DNA from: a virus
Length of the DNA: 45,761 nt
IMG/VR virus record: IMGVR_UViG_3300012080_000002
Strand: one strand, 5' to 3'
The translations under genes were made by a program, and so were the position numbers. The notes beneath the pieces are model-generated. The model was not told the DNA's origin and searched no databases. It saw only the letters and a list, made by a program, of their open reading frames with translations. The first letter of the stretch is position 1. Each line of letters starts with the position of its first letter. This document shows, piece after piece, positions 34,150 through 44,286 of this stretch.

Positions 34150-34472
34150 TTGATTTTGAAGAATATATTGATGTAAATAAAGACGGAATTCCTTATTCAA
34201 TGGAAATCGATTTAGGCGGGGAAGTATTTGAATTAGAATTTAATTACAATCGAGCTCACGATTTCTTTACAGTCGATCTTTTTAAAGAGGATGAAGTCCT
34301 TGTGATTGGCGAAAAGCTAATATTAAACCGTCCGTTATTCCGGAATCGTGTAAATTTAGATTTACCTAAAGTAAATATTATACCGAAAGACCGTGCAGGA
34401 GTTGCTGATAGAATTACTTTCAACAACTTGAATGAGACGGTCATTTTATATGTAGGTGAATTAATTGAGTAA
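34146..34472 (+). CDS. hypothetical tail protein
   Basis: Position. Confidence 0.45.
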   Translation: MIDFEEYIDVNKDGIPYSMEIDLGGEVFELEFNYNRAHDFFTVDLFKEDEVLVIGEKLILNRPLFRNRVNLDLPKVNIIPKDRAGVADRITFNNLNETVILYVGELIE

Positions 34473-35301
34473 CTTATACATGCGTAAAACGACTTTTTTA
34501 GTCGGTGGCCGAGAAATTACAGCTCCGCTCACTATCAAATTTAGCGTACCTTTTGGAGATAACGAAAAGGTAGATACAATCGACATCCAGGTGTACAACT
34601 TTAAAGACGAAACAATCAATGCCATTACTACTAATAAGGCAGCTATTTTAAGCGCTGGTTATGTTGATGATAACGGTGTGATTTTTAGTGGCACTCTAAA
34701 GAAAAAGGAAACGAAGTGGGAAGGTCTAGACAAAATAACAACGTTTAAATGCATCGATTGCACTTTAGACTATACCCAAGGCGTTATTAAAAGGACATAC
34801 GGAAGGAATACACCTGCGTCTTTAATATTAAGGGAACTTGCTCTTGATGCAGGTCTTGCAATTGGAGATATAGATTTACCAGTGGATTTTATTTATCGTT
34901 CAGGCAAAGCGCTTAATGGCAAAATTAAGATACTTGTATCTGAAATTGCGAAGGATTGTGAGGCGAAATTGCATATCAATAAAGGGCGTATATATGTGCG
35001 AGTTCGTTCTAAAGGCGATAAGTTAGGTCTTGATATATCAAAGAATACGGGCTTAATTAATGAACCAGAAGAAATCGAAGAAGAGGTAAAGGATGAGAAA
35101 AAGTCCAAAACAACTACTTCTAAGAAAAAGCTGAAAGGCTACAAAATAAAAATGTTGTTAAACCATAAAATCACCACAGACGTAATTATAAAATTGACGT
35201 CTAGAAAGGTTAATGGGGTTTTTCGAGTGTCTAAAGGCGAACACAAGGTAGATACATCCGGAACAGAATATTACACGGAGTGCGAGGTGGTACCGGTATG
35301 A
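34465..35301 (+). CDS. XkdQ / late-control-D-like baseplate hub protein
   Basis: Called from position and size in an Xkd-like gene order. Confidence 0.45.
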   Translation: MSNLYMRKTTFLVGGREITAPLTIKFSVPFGDNEKVDTIDIQVYNFKDETINAITTNKAAILSAGYVDDNGVIFSGTLKKKETKWEGLDKITTFKCIDCTLDYTQGVIKRTYGRNTPASLILRELALDAGLAIGDIDLPVDFIYRSGKALNGKIKILVSEIAKDCEAKLHINKGRIYVRVRSKGDKLGLDISKNTGLINEPEEIEEEVKDEKKSKTTTSKKKLKGYKIKMLLNHKITTDVIIKLTSRKVNGVFRVSKGEHKVDTSGTEYYTECEVVPV

Positions 35302-35837
35302 CCAAAACATCAATGACACAATTCGTAAGTGATAATATTCAAGAAAGTTTAGAGAATATTAACACATGTTTAATTTGCGAGATACTCGAAGTTGATATGA
35401 ATTTATTGAAAGCTGATGTTCAACCATTAAATGATTCAGAAGCCACGCCTATTTTGGATGTACCTATAGCATTTCATCAAACGGGGCAATTCATAATTCA
35501 AGTGCCATATAAAAAAGGTGATACCGTTTTAGTAGCGTGTTCCCAAGCAGATATTGATCCATTGATGTTTGGCGGCGGAAAAGCTGCAAGTCGAGCGTTT
35601 AGTGCGAATGATGCGCTAATTATCGGAGGCATTAACTATTTCACTAAGCCTATACAAAATGAACATCCTGATGATCTAGTCATTGGAACAAAGGACTTTA
35701 CTACAAAAATTGTTATTAATGAAGCTGGTGAAATAAGTGTAAAATCATTGAAATTTAAAGTAGAAGCCGATGACATCGAATTAATTGGTAAAACGATAAC
35801 CGCTAACGGTGAGGATTTAACTGTAGATTTAGTGTAG
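35298..35837 (+). CDS. baseplate spike (Mu gp45 / Gp138-N-like)
   Basis: ATGA overlap start at 35298 follows GAGGTGG. VPYKKGDTVLVACSQADIDP motif. Confidence 0.5.
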   Translation: MTKTSMTQFVSDNIQESLENINTCLICEILEVDMNLLKADVQPLNDSEATPILDVPIAFHQTGQFIIQVPYKKGDTVLVACSQADIDPLMFGGGKAASRAFSANDALIIGGINYFTKPIQNEHPDDLVIGTKDFTTKIVINEAGEISVKSLKFKVEADDIELIGKTITANGEDLTVDLV

Positions 35838-35847
35838 GGGGTAAAAG

Positions 35848-36204
35848 ATGCATACACTTAAATATAATGACAACGGTGATTGGGTATTAAATGAATTAGT
35901 TTATGGGGATGACCAACTAATTCAGAATCTAAAACATTTATTACGTACTAGGGTAGGTGAATGGATGTTTGATGATAACCACGGTTTCCGTAGGTCTGTA
36001 ATTGAACAAAAACTACCGAATAAAAAACAAATTGTACAGGCAATGCATGATTGTTTATATCAAGAGCCGCGTATTGCTGAGGTATTGAGTGTGGAATATG
36101 ATTTTAATCGAATTAAACGTCATTTAACCATTTATTTTAAAGCTCGTACGACAGTTGGTAGCGAAATAGGGGGTGAAACTGTTGTTAACCAAATTTGGGT
36201 TTAA
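35848..36204 (+). CDS. gp25/XkdS-like baseplate wedge protein
   Basis: LKHLLRTRVGEWMFDDNHGF motif. Confidence 0.6.
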   Translation: MHTLKYNDNGDWVLNELVYGDDQLIQNLKHLLRTRVGEWMFDDNHGFRRSVIEQKLPNKKQIVQAMHDCLYQEPRIAEVLSVEYDFNRIKRHLTIYFKARTTVGSEIGGETVVNQIWV

Positions 36205-37360
36205 ACGCAAACGAACCGCTGACTATTTACCTGAAATCCAAGAAATGGCCCATGAGTTATTTGGTGAGGATGCCGACCTGTCCGACAATACCCCACTTGG
36301 CAAAATGATTTTATTACAGGCACAACAACGAGCGGAGGATAACGAAGAACTAGAACTGGTTTACAATGCTCGTTTTGTTGATACAAGTCAAGGTGCCACT
36401 TTAGAGGCGAATGTTATGCGGGCATTAATTACTCGTAAGCGTTGGTTAAAATCAAGTGGAGAAGTAATTTTGAATTTAACAAAGGGCGCTAAGGTTAATA
36501 CAGGTGATTTATTTAAAACACCGTATAATGTATATTTTAAAGCTCTAGAAGGTATTCAAGCGTCAGAGGATGGGAATTACCGAGCTATTGTAGAAGCACT
36601 TGAATACGGGGCTATAGGTAACATAGAGCCTGGTGATATATCAATAATTGTGAATCCACAGAGTGGCATCAATTCGATAACGAATCCTGATGCTTTTTTT
36701 AATGGACAAGATGAAGAAACGGACGAAGAATTGCAGGACCGATATTATGAATCTTTAGGGAAAGTAGGAGCTCGACGAATTGAATCGATAGAAGCAAACG
36801 TCCTTGATGAAGTAGAAGGGGTACGCGCTGCAATAGCAATAGAAAATGATACAAACGAAGTAGATGCAGAAGGACGCCCTCCACATTCTGTAGAGACTGT
36901 CGTATTAGGTGGTTTAGATGAAGAAGTAGCTATGGCTATCTTTAGAAAAAAAGGTGGAGGTATTCGAGCTCATGGCTCAACTATATACACATTTAAAGAT
37001 GCTAGAGGTATCGTACATGAAATTGGCTTTACACGCGCTACGACCATCTCAATCTTTGTGAAAGTAAGCGTTAAAAAGAACAAGCAATATCCTCTGAATG
37101 GTGATGACTTAGTTATTGCTCAAATTGTTAAATACATCGGAGGTACATATAACGGCACGCTCTTTAACGGTGTTGGTATGAGTTCTGATGTTATATGTGC
37201 TAAAGCAGAAGCACGTGTGTTATCTGTAGAGGGTATTGATGATGTAAGTATAGAATTTTCAACAGATGGCGTTAGTTATGAATCAAAAAATGTATTAATC
37301 GCATTTCCAGAAGTTGCTGAAACAGATGGATCAAAGGTAGAGGTGAGGAACCTTGTCTAG
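36173..37360 (+). CDS. baseplate J-like protein
   Basis: 395 aa in the XkdT-equivalent position. Start is uncertain (36173 GTG or 36182 TTG). Confidence 0.75.
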   Translation: MKLLLTKFGFKRKRTADYLPEIQEMAHELFGEDADLSDNTPLGKMILLQAQQRAEDNEELELVYNARFVDTSQGATLEANVMRALITRKRWLKSSGEVILNLTKGAKVNTGDLFKTPYNVYFKALEGIQASEDGNYRAIVEALEYGAIGNIEPGDISIIVNPQSGINSITNPDAFFNGQDEETDEELQDRYYESLGKVGARRIESIEANVLDEVEGVRAAIAIENDTNEVDAEGRPPHSVETVVLGGLDEEVAMAIFRKKGGGIRAHGSTIYTFKDARGIVHEIGFTRATTISIFVKVSVKKNKQYPLNGDDLVIAQIVKYIGGTYNGTLFNGVGMSSDVICAKAEARVLSVEGIDDVSIEFSTDGVSYESKNVLIAFPEVAETDGSKVEVRNLV

Positions 37361-38006
37361 AAAACAATTACAAAAACTATTGGACCGTATGCCACGGCAA
37401 TTTGCTTGGGGTGAGGACAGCAATAACTATAAGCTACTTAAAATTATTGCTGAAAATGGTGTTGAAAATTTAGCTACACAGGAAACCATTTTAAAATATT
37501 GGGATTTAGATCAAGCAGAAGGCTACGGCTTAGATAGACTTGGTAAAGACGAAGGAATTACACGTGGCGGCTGGGATGATGAAGAATACCGAAAAATGAT
37601 TAAAATACAGTGCATTCTAAACCTCTCCGAGGGAGATATAGAAACGATGAATCAGATTATGGATGCCTACATGGGGAATGATTTCATTGGCTTTGAGGAA
37701 GGTTGGCGCAATTATAACAAGCCAGCAACTCTCATTGTAGAAACAAGACCAAGTATATCCCCTTTTCCGTTCGACCTCGTTCAAAGAATGAAAACCGCAG
37801 GTGTAGGGATTATACAAGTTCAAGTACTGAACCCTAATGAACCTGTTATGTATAAAGCTTCTGTTTGTTTAAGCGGAGAGATTACAACGATCTATCCTTA
37901 TTATGCCAATACCCCAATTGAAGCAACAATTGAATGGCATCAAGGAGCCTATCAACAAGATGTAGAAACAATAATTTTATATCCAGGAGGTGCAATAAGT
38001 GAGTAA
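37353..38006 (+). CDS. DUF2313/XkdU-like tail protein
   Basis: Position after baseplate J. Confidence 0.5.
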   Translation: MSRKQLQKLLDRMPRQFAWGEDSNNYKLLKIIAENGVENLATQETILKYWDLDQAEGYGLDRLGKDEGITRGGWDDEEYRKMIKIQCILNLSEGDIETMNQIMDAYMGNDFIGFEEGWRNYNKPATLIVETRPSISPFPFDLVQRMKTAGVGIIQVQVLNPNEPVMYKASVCLSGEITTIYPYYANTPIEATIEWHQGAYQQDVETIILYPGGAISE

Positions 38007-38721
38007 TACATTCTATTTCATATTAACAAAAGCCGGCATTGCAAAATTGGTAAATGCACAAATGACACAATCAAAAGTGGAATATTCGCATGTAGCATTT
38101 GGGGATGGCAATGGAGGTTACTATGAACCTTCTGCTGAAGCAACAAGTTTAAAAAATGAGGTTTATAGATCCGTTATTTCAATTGTGGAACAGGTAAAAG
38201 ATGGAAATAGTCAACCTACAAACAGAGTAAAAATTGAATCAGTGATACCAGCAACGGTGGGGAATTTTACAATACGCGAAATAGGGTTAATGGATAGTAA
38301 TGGTGATTTAGTAGGTATTGGAAAATATCCAGCTACTTATAAACCATCTACGGAACAAGGAGCAGCTAAAGATTTAATTGTTCGAATTATTGTAGAAACA
38401 ACGAATGCTAATTCAATTACATTAAAAGTTGATCCATCAATCGCAATAGCTAGTCGTCAATATGTAGATGAAAAAGTAGCTTCTATTTCTCAGAATAATA
38501 CTCAAATAATCGATAAAATCGGTAATACCGAAAATATTGAAGTTGAAAATACAAAAACTATTGTAGAGGCGGTTAATAAAGTTAACCAAACTCTTACTGC
38601 ACATTTGGAAGAAAAGGCGCAACATAATCAATTTATCCATGAAGGTAAACTTCACCAAATTGGATTTGGTTACAATCCAACATTAGGCTGTTTTACATTT
38701 AGTATTCGAGAGGTGATATAG
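37999..38721 (+). CDS. tail-collar fibre protein (DUF3751-like N-terminus)
   Basis: FILTKAGIAKLVNAQ...HVAFGDGNGG...IREIGLMDSNGDLV. Confidence 0.65.
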   Translation: MSNTFYFILTKAGIAKLVNAQMTQSKVEYSHVAFGDGNGGYYEPSAEATSLKNEVYRSVISIVEQVKDGNSQPTNRVKIESVIPATVGNFTIREIGLMDSNGDLVGIGKYPATYKPSTEQGAAKDLIVRIIVETTNANSITLKVDPSIAIASRQYVDEKVASISQNNTQIIDKIGNTENIEVENTKTIVEAVNKVNQTLTAHLEEKAQHNQFIHEGKLHQIGFGYNPTLGCFTFSIREVI

Positions 38722-39432
38722 ATGAATTTAGATGGGAATTTTCCTACTTATGAAAAGCAAGAAGCTATAAAACAAGGTGTAGATAATATAGCTTTACAAA
38801 TAGAAAACAAAGATGCTGGAAAAGTGTTGAAGTCGAAAACCTTCACAGCAAACGGAACATTTTCTGTTCCTGAAGGTGTAACAGAAGTATTCATCACAGG
38901 TGGAGGAGCTGGTGGAGGTGGGTGTATAGGAAATATAGCTAATCCTATTCCTGTTCAATCTGGAAAAGCAGGTGGAGTTACAAGTTTTGGTAGCCTGTTA
39001 ACACTTAGTGGCGGAGGTGGAGCAACTAATAAAACTAGCACTGTGTTCCAAATGCCAGGTGTAAGGGGTGGACCAGGTGGTCAAACCGGAGAAGTAAACT
39101 ATGCAAGTAACGGAATCACGGTTGGATCTGCAGGAGGTAACTCGGGACCTTATTTTGGTGGAATAGGCTCTACATTAAATAATACTGATTCTTCTTTAAT
39201 AATGAAAGGTGGTTATTGTTCAGGTGGGGGTGGTTTATATTACGGTTCCCTTAACGGTTGCGGTGGAGGTGGAGGAGACTTTGTGTTCGATAGAATAGTA
39301 GCTGTTACCCCTTCTACTACAATCCCTATAACTATAGGCATAGGGGGAGCTGGTGGAAAATATGATCCATCTGGAAGTGTAGTGGCCGGAGATGGCGGAA
39401 ATGGAATATTAACAGTCGAATGGTGGGAGTGA
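38722..39432 (+). CDS. glycine-rich tail fibre protein
   Basis: Multiple GGGAGGGG / GGGG tracts. Position. Confidence 0.5.
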   Translation: MNLDGNFPTYEKQEAIKQGVDNIALQIENKDAGKVLKSKTFTANGTFSVPEGVTEVFITGGGAGGGGCIGNIANPIPVQSGKAGGVTSFGSLLTLSGGGGATNKTSTVFQMPGVRGGPGGQTGEVNYASNGITVGSAGGNSGPYFGGIGSTLNNTDSSLIMKGGYCSGGGGLYYGSLNGCGGGGGDFVFDRIVAVTPSTTIPITIGIGGAGGKYDPSGSVVAGDGGNGILTVEWWE

Positions 39433-39436
39433 TTAG

Positions 39437-39712
39437 ATGAAATTTGCACAAATTTTATATAATAAAGCACATTGGATTTTTGAAGCTGAAGAAAAGCCGG
39501 AGTTTGCCCCGAATATTGTTTTGTTTGATATTACAGGTCGTAACGATATTCAAGAGGGTTGGGATTACAATAGCGAAACAGGCGAGTTTACAGCACCTAT
39601 TCCTATCGTTCCTAAACCAGTCGAACCTCAACCAACAATTGAGGAAAAAATCTTAGCAGAAAATCAATATCAGACTATGTTATTAGAGCTAAATACATTA
39701 GGAGGCGTGTAA
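39437..39712 (+). CDS. XkdW-like protein
   Basis: Called from size, position and the N-terminal ILYNKAHWIFEAE... Confidence 0.45.
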   Translation: MKFAQILYNKAHWIFEAEEKPEFAPNIVLFDITGRNDIQEGWDYNSETGEFTAPIPIVPKPVEPQPTIEEKILAENQYQTMLLELNTLGGV

Positions 39713-39713
39713 T

Positions 39714-39866
39714 ATGAGCACCTACGAATTGTGGGAGAAAATGATTAAAGGGAAGGTTTATACAAAGGATACAGCTACTAAACGTGTATCAATGATTGGG
39801 CCGTTATTATCTGATGATGAATTTCAATCATTAGTCGCATTAATCGGCACTGTTTATGGTGAATAA
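39714..39866 (+). CDS. XkdX-like 50-aa protein
   Basis: AGGAGG RBS. KGKVYTKDTATKRV...LSDDEFQSLV. It is below the size cutoff of the ORF track. Confidence 0.45.
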   Translation: MSTYELWEKMIKGKVYTKDTATKRVSMIGPLLSDDEFQSLVALIGTVYGE

Positions 39867-40196
39867 TCGCCTCATTTTGTGTAGTAACAAAGTAAACGCA
39901 AGCATAGGCTTAGCGTTATTTTTATTGTCTAAATTAGAAGGTGGAAGGTTAAGATTTCTTTACCTTATAGAAATTCTATTGATTAATAATAGAAATCAAA
40001 TTAAGATGATTGACGGGGAAATAAGCACAAAGTTCTATTGCTGACGGATCGCCGTATGCGATGAAAGTCGCCTGTACGGTGAAGGCTCGTTATAAACCAA
40101 GATATCGATAAGGTATAAGACGAGAATAGCATTGGTAATAGCATTGGAATTGAATTAACAAATTGGAGTGACCCAGATCCACACGGTGTCCAAGTA

Positions 40197-40493
40197 TTGA
40201 AGGATGGTCTTCTGTATTATTCACCAAACTCAAATGGAACACCTGGAGAATTGATTAGCTTAAATTTTGATGATTTTAAGAGTAGTTTAAATGGAATATT
40301 GGATTCATCGAATCGTTTGTATGCGGTACGGACTCAGTCATATCGATTAGCTTTCTATTTTAACGGAGGTATACTAGGAGAGACTATTAAGGTACCACTA
40401 AACAACTTCCAAGATGAAAATGGTATAGAAATGACTGGAGAAATCACTCTTACGTTTGATGGAGTAAATTGGTCAGGCTCTTATAGTAAGTAA
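40197..40493 (+). CDS. hypothetical protein (TTG start; the frame is open from 40119)
   Basis: ORF followed by a strong terminator. The upstream in-frame segment contains a 12-bp tandem duplication (40125-40148). Confidence 0.4.
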   Translation: MKDGLLYYSPNSNGTPGELISLNFDDFKSSLNGILDSSNRLYAVRTQSYRLAFYFNGGILGETIKVPLNNFQDENGIEMTGEITLTFDGVNWSGSYSK

Positions 40494-40505
40494 GTCTATA
40501 CTCTT

Positions 40506-40535
40506 AAACCCCACCTTTTGGCGGGGTTTTTTCTT
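40506..40535 (+). terminator. intrinsic terminator
   Basis: AAACCCC...GGGGTTT followed by TTTCTT. Confidence 0.7.
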
Positions 40536-40714
40536 GAACATAATTATACGCAACATAGCTAGCGTTAGTTTTTGTGCCTTCCATAGATAATTGTGGAGGG
40601 CTTTTATTATGAGCTGTGAGAACAATCGAGATGGGCAACAGTGCAAGTTACTGATTCTCGATGCTTCTCATGGCTTTTTAATTTAATTGAAAAGGGCAAA
40701 GGATTGGTGATGGA

Positions 40715-41005
40715 ATGGATGTAGCTGCAGTAAATGAAATTGCTACAAGCCAAGCAGTTTGGGCAATAGCTTGTTTAATCATAGCTTTTGGAGCATTTCG
40801 TTATTTAATTAGTAAGAACGATAATTTGATGAACCGAGCAGAAGAACGCGAAAACAAATTAATGGACCACTTAGAACGGTCTAATGAATCACAAGAAAAA
40901 ACCGCAATAGCTTTGGAAGGAATTAATCGAAATATAACCGTTTTAGAAGGTCGTATGGATCGCATGGAAAAATACAATTACAAAAAAGAAAAGGATGATG
41001 AATAA
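40715..41005 (+). CDS. BhlA/UviB-family holin-like protein
   Basis: An N-terminal TM helix followed by a charged coiled coil, directly upstream of the holin and endolysin genes. Confidence 0.55.
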   Translation: MDVAAVNEIATSQAVWAIACLIIAFGAFRYLISKNDNLMNRAEERENKLMDHLERSNESQEKTAIALEGINRNITVLEGRMDRMEKYNYKKEKDDE

Positions 41006-41271
41006 TGGATTTAACAAACATTTTTATGATTGCAATGGTGATGGTGGCTATCGTTTTAGCCGTATCAGAAGTACTAAAAAATACTTTTAAAATTAATACT
41101 CAATACATGCCTATCACATCGGTAGTGATTGGTATTTTTATTGGCTTAGTTTGTTGGCCGTTATCAGAGTATCCACCATATGTGATGTTGATGGCTGGCT
41201 TTGTGGCCGGGCTTACTGCTTCGGGAACGTTCGATTTATTAAAAGTTGCTAAAAAGGAAGGTGAGCAATAA
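41005..41271 (+). CDS. holin
   Basis: 88 aa with 2-3 TM helices and a charged C-terminus. Coupled to the endolysin gene. Confidence 0.7.
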   Translation: MDLTNIFMIAMVMVAIVLAVSEVLKNTFKINTQYMPITSVVIGIFIGLVCWPLSEYPPYVMLMAGFVAGLTASGTFDLLKVAKKEGEQ

Positions 41272-42011
41272 TGGTAACAATTCGTAAAAAGTTAGTATCT
41301 GATGAACAGGCTGCAAAGGTTACAAACGGTAAAGGAAATACTAAAAGAAAAGTAGTTGTACATGGCACTGACAATTATCGTACTGGGGCTGATGCTGATG
41401 CGCATGCACGTTTACAAGCAAATGGTAACAGTCGTTCTGCTTCCTGGCATTGGCAAGTAGATGATAAAGAAGCCGTACAATCCTTTGAACATACATGGAA
41501 ATGTTGGGCTGCAGGTACAGCGAAAGGCAATACAGAGGGCATCCATGTAGAAATGTGTGTGAATGGTGATGGCAACTATAGCAAAACATTAGAAAATACT
41601 GCTGCGTTAGTTGTTAAAATATTAAAAGACGAGGGACTTAGTATTAATGATGTGGTGCAACACAATTATTACAGTGGTAAAAACTGTCCTCGTGAAATCC
41701 GTGCAGGCAATGTGGCTTGGGCTAATTTTTTACAATTGGTTAAAAGCGGTGGGGATGTACAGCAACCTAAACCGGTTACTGACACTAATAAGTATCGTGT
41801 TTTAACAGGCACATACAGTACAATTCAAGCCGCCGAAAACGTACTTGATGTAATAAAGCACCGTTTTGGTTGGGTGGCATATATCGTACAAGACGGCCAG
41901 TTATGGCGTGTTAGAACTGGAACATTTACAGGCGCTGTAGCTGCTAAAGAAGGGGCTAATAAAATAAAGACAGCAAAACTTGCATTAGTTGCAAATGTTG
42001 TATGTGCTTAA
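41271..42011 (+). CDS. N-acetylmuramoyl-L-alanine amidase endolysin (Amidase_2/PGRP) with a SPOR-like C-terminal domain
   Basis: VVVHGTDN...SWHWQVDD...GIHVEMC...NCPREIR motifs. C-terminal YRVLTGTY...WRVRTGTF. Confidence 0.85.
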   Translation: MVTIRKKLVSDEQAAKVTNGKGNTKRKVVVHGTDNYRTGADADAHARLQANGNSRSASWHWQVDDKEAVQSFEHTWKCWAAGTAKGNTEGIHVEMCVNGDGNYSKTLENTAALVVKILKDEGLSINDVVQHNYYSGKNCPREIRAGNVAWANFLQLVKSGGDVQQPKPVTDTNKYRVLTGTYSTIQAAENVLDVIKHRFGWVAYIVQDGQLWRVRTGTFTGAVAAKEGANKIKTAKLALVANVVCA

Positions 42012-42013
42012 TC

Positions 42014-42060
42014 AAAAAAGGACCAAGACAGTTTGTTCTGTCTTGGTCAAGTTTAGTTTT
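42014..42060. terminator. bidirectional terminator between convergent genes
   Basis: Perfect 11-bp stem GACCAAGACAG/CTGTCTTGGTC, flanked by an A-run and a T-run. Confidence 0.8.
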
Positions 42061-43707
42061 TTATTTTAGTATCCATCTTCTAATATTTAAGATAATAATT
42101 AAAATTATCAGTACTCCCCAAACTACTAAAGAATAAAATATATAATTAGGATTTTCTTTGCCTAAAATAGTTTTAAAGATATTTAATATACCTGTAAAAC
42201 CTAATACAATTGTTAAAATCGAACTTATGGTTAACAACAATAATTCATTTGCATTCTTTTTTTCATCTTTAATAATTTGAATGTCATCCTTAAATAATTT
42301 TAAAAAATTCTCAGCTTTTTCTTCTAAATCATTTATATTACATCTCTCTAAAATACGTTCGTAAAGGGTTTTAGGACTCCCATCCGTAAAGAAAATTACA
42401 TCACTATCATAATTAAACTTTATTGTATTTAGTTGCTTTATCATTCGGTTGTACTCATCAATAGTTCTATATTCTGATTCACTAATTTGATTTAGTAAAT
42501 CCTTTAGAAAATACTTTTTAACAAATGACATTTCGTAAAACTTCATAAAATTTAAATTAGCAACAAGGAAATATATTGAAGCTGACCTTTTATATTCATC
42601 CTTATAATAAGGTGAAGTTTTTAATTCCGCTATATCCTGTTCAATAATATTAGCCATTCTTTCACTTCTAAGTGTGAAAACAGAACTAAATGAATTGCAG
42701 TAAAAAGAAAGATCTTTATCACTTCGGATTTTAGAACTTTGAATTTCTTCTTCTCTTTCTTCCCTATTTTCAGTTAACTGCTTATCAGAATTGGTTAAGA
42801 ACTGTAGTATATTAAACTTATATCTAGAATAAAATGCAGAATAATCTTTATAGGGGTTTTTAAAAGAACTAAAATCACCTATGCCCCAACTAAGGGAATT
42901 AAAATTGTCATTTGAATATAAATCCAAGTTAATTAAATTGATAATCCTTTTTTTGTATTCAACTAGGATATTATCTATGGATATATTTTCGAAGGTTTCT
43001 TCTTCCCAGAAATCATCAAACATATAATGTTTTTTATTTTTGTAAAAAGTAACTTCGTCGAAATGAATAGACCTAGGAGTTGACTCTGATAATTGTAACT
43101 GCTTATCATTGAAATCCTGAACACAAATTTGCAATGATATTATACCTTCTTTAAAAACCGTAATCATTATATAGTTTAAAATATACTCACCATTATGCTT
43201 GATTCTTAAGGGTAACAACATTCGTCTTTCTTGAGAACCGTGTCTAGCGTTCGGAGTTAAGCACATTTCCTCAATATCATAGTATGCTTTATCTACCTGA
43301 ATAGAGCAATCAAGAAGGTCTTCTTCATAAAGGTGAATATTATGATATTTAATTAATATTTTGCTCCCATTAACATAAGAGACTTCTTCTGTACTGCTTA
43401 AAGAAAAATCATCTTTTCTTAAAAAATTCTTTTTTAGATTGTTAAAGACTGTTTCATTAATTAGTTCTAAATTCACATCAAATAGATAAAATGAATCTCT
43501 CTCAGTTTTAATGCCCTCTGACATATATAATGAATTTTTATATAGTAAGTATTCTTGAAAGTCTTTATTAATATAGAAGTTTTCTGAATTATTATGAGAT
43601 ATATGAGTAAGAACAAGGTTTGTGTCATGTAATTTTTGAACAATCTGATTGTAATTCTCTGGATTGAATTTAATAATTGAATAACCGAATATGTTTTTAA
43701 AAATCAA
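42061..43707 (-). CDS. 548-aa protein of unrecognised family with a C-terminal two-TM (CorA-like) module
   Basis: TTG start 8 nt after GGAGGT. The C-terminus is NELLLLTISSILTIVLGFTGILNIF...YIFYSLVVWGVLIILIIILNIRRWILK. The gene is very AT-rich. Confidence 0.75.
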   Translation of the reverse strand: MIFKNIFGYSIIKFNPENYNQIVQKLHDTNLVLTHISHNNSENFYINKDFQEYLLYKNSLYMSEGIKTERDSFYLFDVNLELINETVFNNLKKNFLRKDDFSLSSTEEVSYVNGSKILIKYHNIHLYEEDLLDCSIQVDKAYYDIEEMCLTPNARHGSQERRMLLPLRIKHNGEYILNYIMITVFKEGIISLQICVQDFNDKQLQLSESTPRSIHFDEVTFYKNKKHYMFDDFWEEETFENISIDNILVEYKKRIINLINLDLYSNDNFNSLSWGIGDFSSFKNPYKDYSAFYSRYKFNILQFLTNSDKQLTENREEREEEIQSSKIRSDKDLSFYCNSFSSVFTLRSERMANIIEQDIAELKTSPYYKDEYKRSASIYFLVANLNFMKFYEMSFVKKYFLKDLLNQISESEYRTIDEYNRMIKQLNTIKFNYDSDVIFFTDGSPKTLYERILERCNINDLEEKAENFLKLFKDDIQIIKDEKKNANELLLLTISSILTIVLGFTGILNIFKTILGKENPNYIFYSLVVWGVLIILIIILNIRRWILK

Positions 43708-43779
43708 GTATAATTACCTCCAACAATTTAAGCAAATAATATTTGTATAGTAATTTATATAAATATAAACCATACATAT

Positions 43780-43983
43780 TCAGTAGTCGGGTCTATTTTC
43801 TTTTAAAGATTGTTTACGCTCTAAAATCAATTCCATAAACTCTTCTAAATCTTCCTCTAAAGCAGAATTTTTGATAAAACTACGTGCCCTAGATCGGGCA
43901 CTAGTATATTTTGCACGTTCTTTATTCTTTTCTTGCCAGCGCTTATTTGCTTCCGTTTGAGGATTTTTTTTCATTGTCATCAC
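43780..43983 (-). CDS. small basic helical protein
   Basis: KRWQEKNKERAKYTSARSRARSFIKN. The true start is probably one of the internal ATGs (43974-43980). Confidence 0.55.
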   Translation of the reverse strand: MMTMKKNPQTEANKRWQEKNKERAKYTSARSRARSFIKNSALEEDLEEFMELILERKQSLKENRPDY

Positions 43984-44089
43984 GTTCCTTCAATAATCTT
44001 TTTTGCTCACTTTTTAAGAAGTAACCTCTTACATATAACGCAAGCAGGGCAATAAGTAAGACGATGAGTATAATATTTAATATTTTCAT
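43943..44089 (-). CDS. possible 48-aa single-TM peptide
   Basis: MKILNIILIVLLIALLALYVRGYF... It has no clear RBS and overlaps the next ORF start. Confidence 0.3.
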   Translation of the reverse strand: MKILNIILIVLLIALLALYVRGYFLKSEQKRLLKERDDNEKKSSNGSK

Positions 44090-44123
44090 GGGCTCATGGT
44101 ATACTTTAGGAAACAAGGAGGGG

Positions 44124-44261
44124 TTAACCCCCTCTTCTTGTTCTTCTGTTTTGTAGCCTTAGTTGTTCATTTTCTAACTTCTTCTTCTGGTTGTCGAGCC
44201 ACTTGGAATGAAGTTGTAATGCAATGAACACTAGGGCTATTATTGTTCCTAAGTATTCCAC
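44124..44261 (-). CDS. 45-aa single-TM peptide
   Basis: GTG start 5 nt after GGAGGTG. MEYLGTIIALVFIALQLHSKW plus a basic tail. The stop lies inside the GAGGGGTTAACCCCCTC hairpin. Confidence 0.5.
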   Translation of the reverse strand: MEYLGTIIALVFIALQLHSKWLDNQKKKLENEQLRLQNRRTRRGG

Positions 44262-44286
44262 TGATTCACCTCCTTTCTATACTTTA

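Noticed and set aside
39856-40044. A 62-aa plus-strand ORF after the XkdX-like gene
   Set aside because: It starts inside the stop region of the previous gene and has no RBS. It runs through a terminator-like hairpin (about 39893-39925) and AT-rich repeats, and it has low-complexity L/I/N composition.
40040-40200. A possible decayed amidase gene. The in-frame segment upstream of the 40197 ORF reads DENSIGNSIGIELTNW, and NSIGIE resembles the Amidase_2 motif
   Set aside because: Only one short motif matches, and it is created partly by a 12-bp tandem duplication (40125-40148). The flanking residues do not follow the amidase pattern and no upstream remainder could be reconstructed. The intact endolysin is at 41271-42011.
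40599-40676. A 25-codon ORF (MSCENNRDGQQCKLLILDASHGFLI) upstream of the BhlA-like gene
   Set aside because: It has a GGAGGG 9 nt upstream, but it is very short and has no recognisable features. There is not enough evidence to call it a gene.
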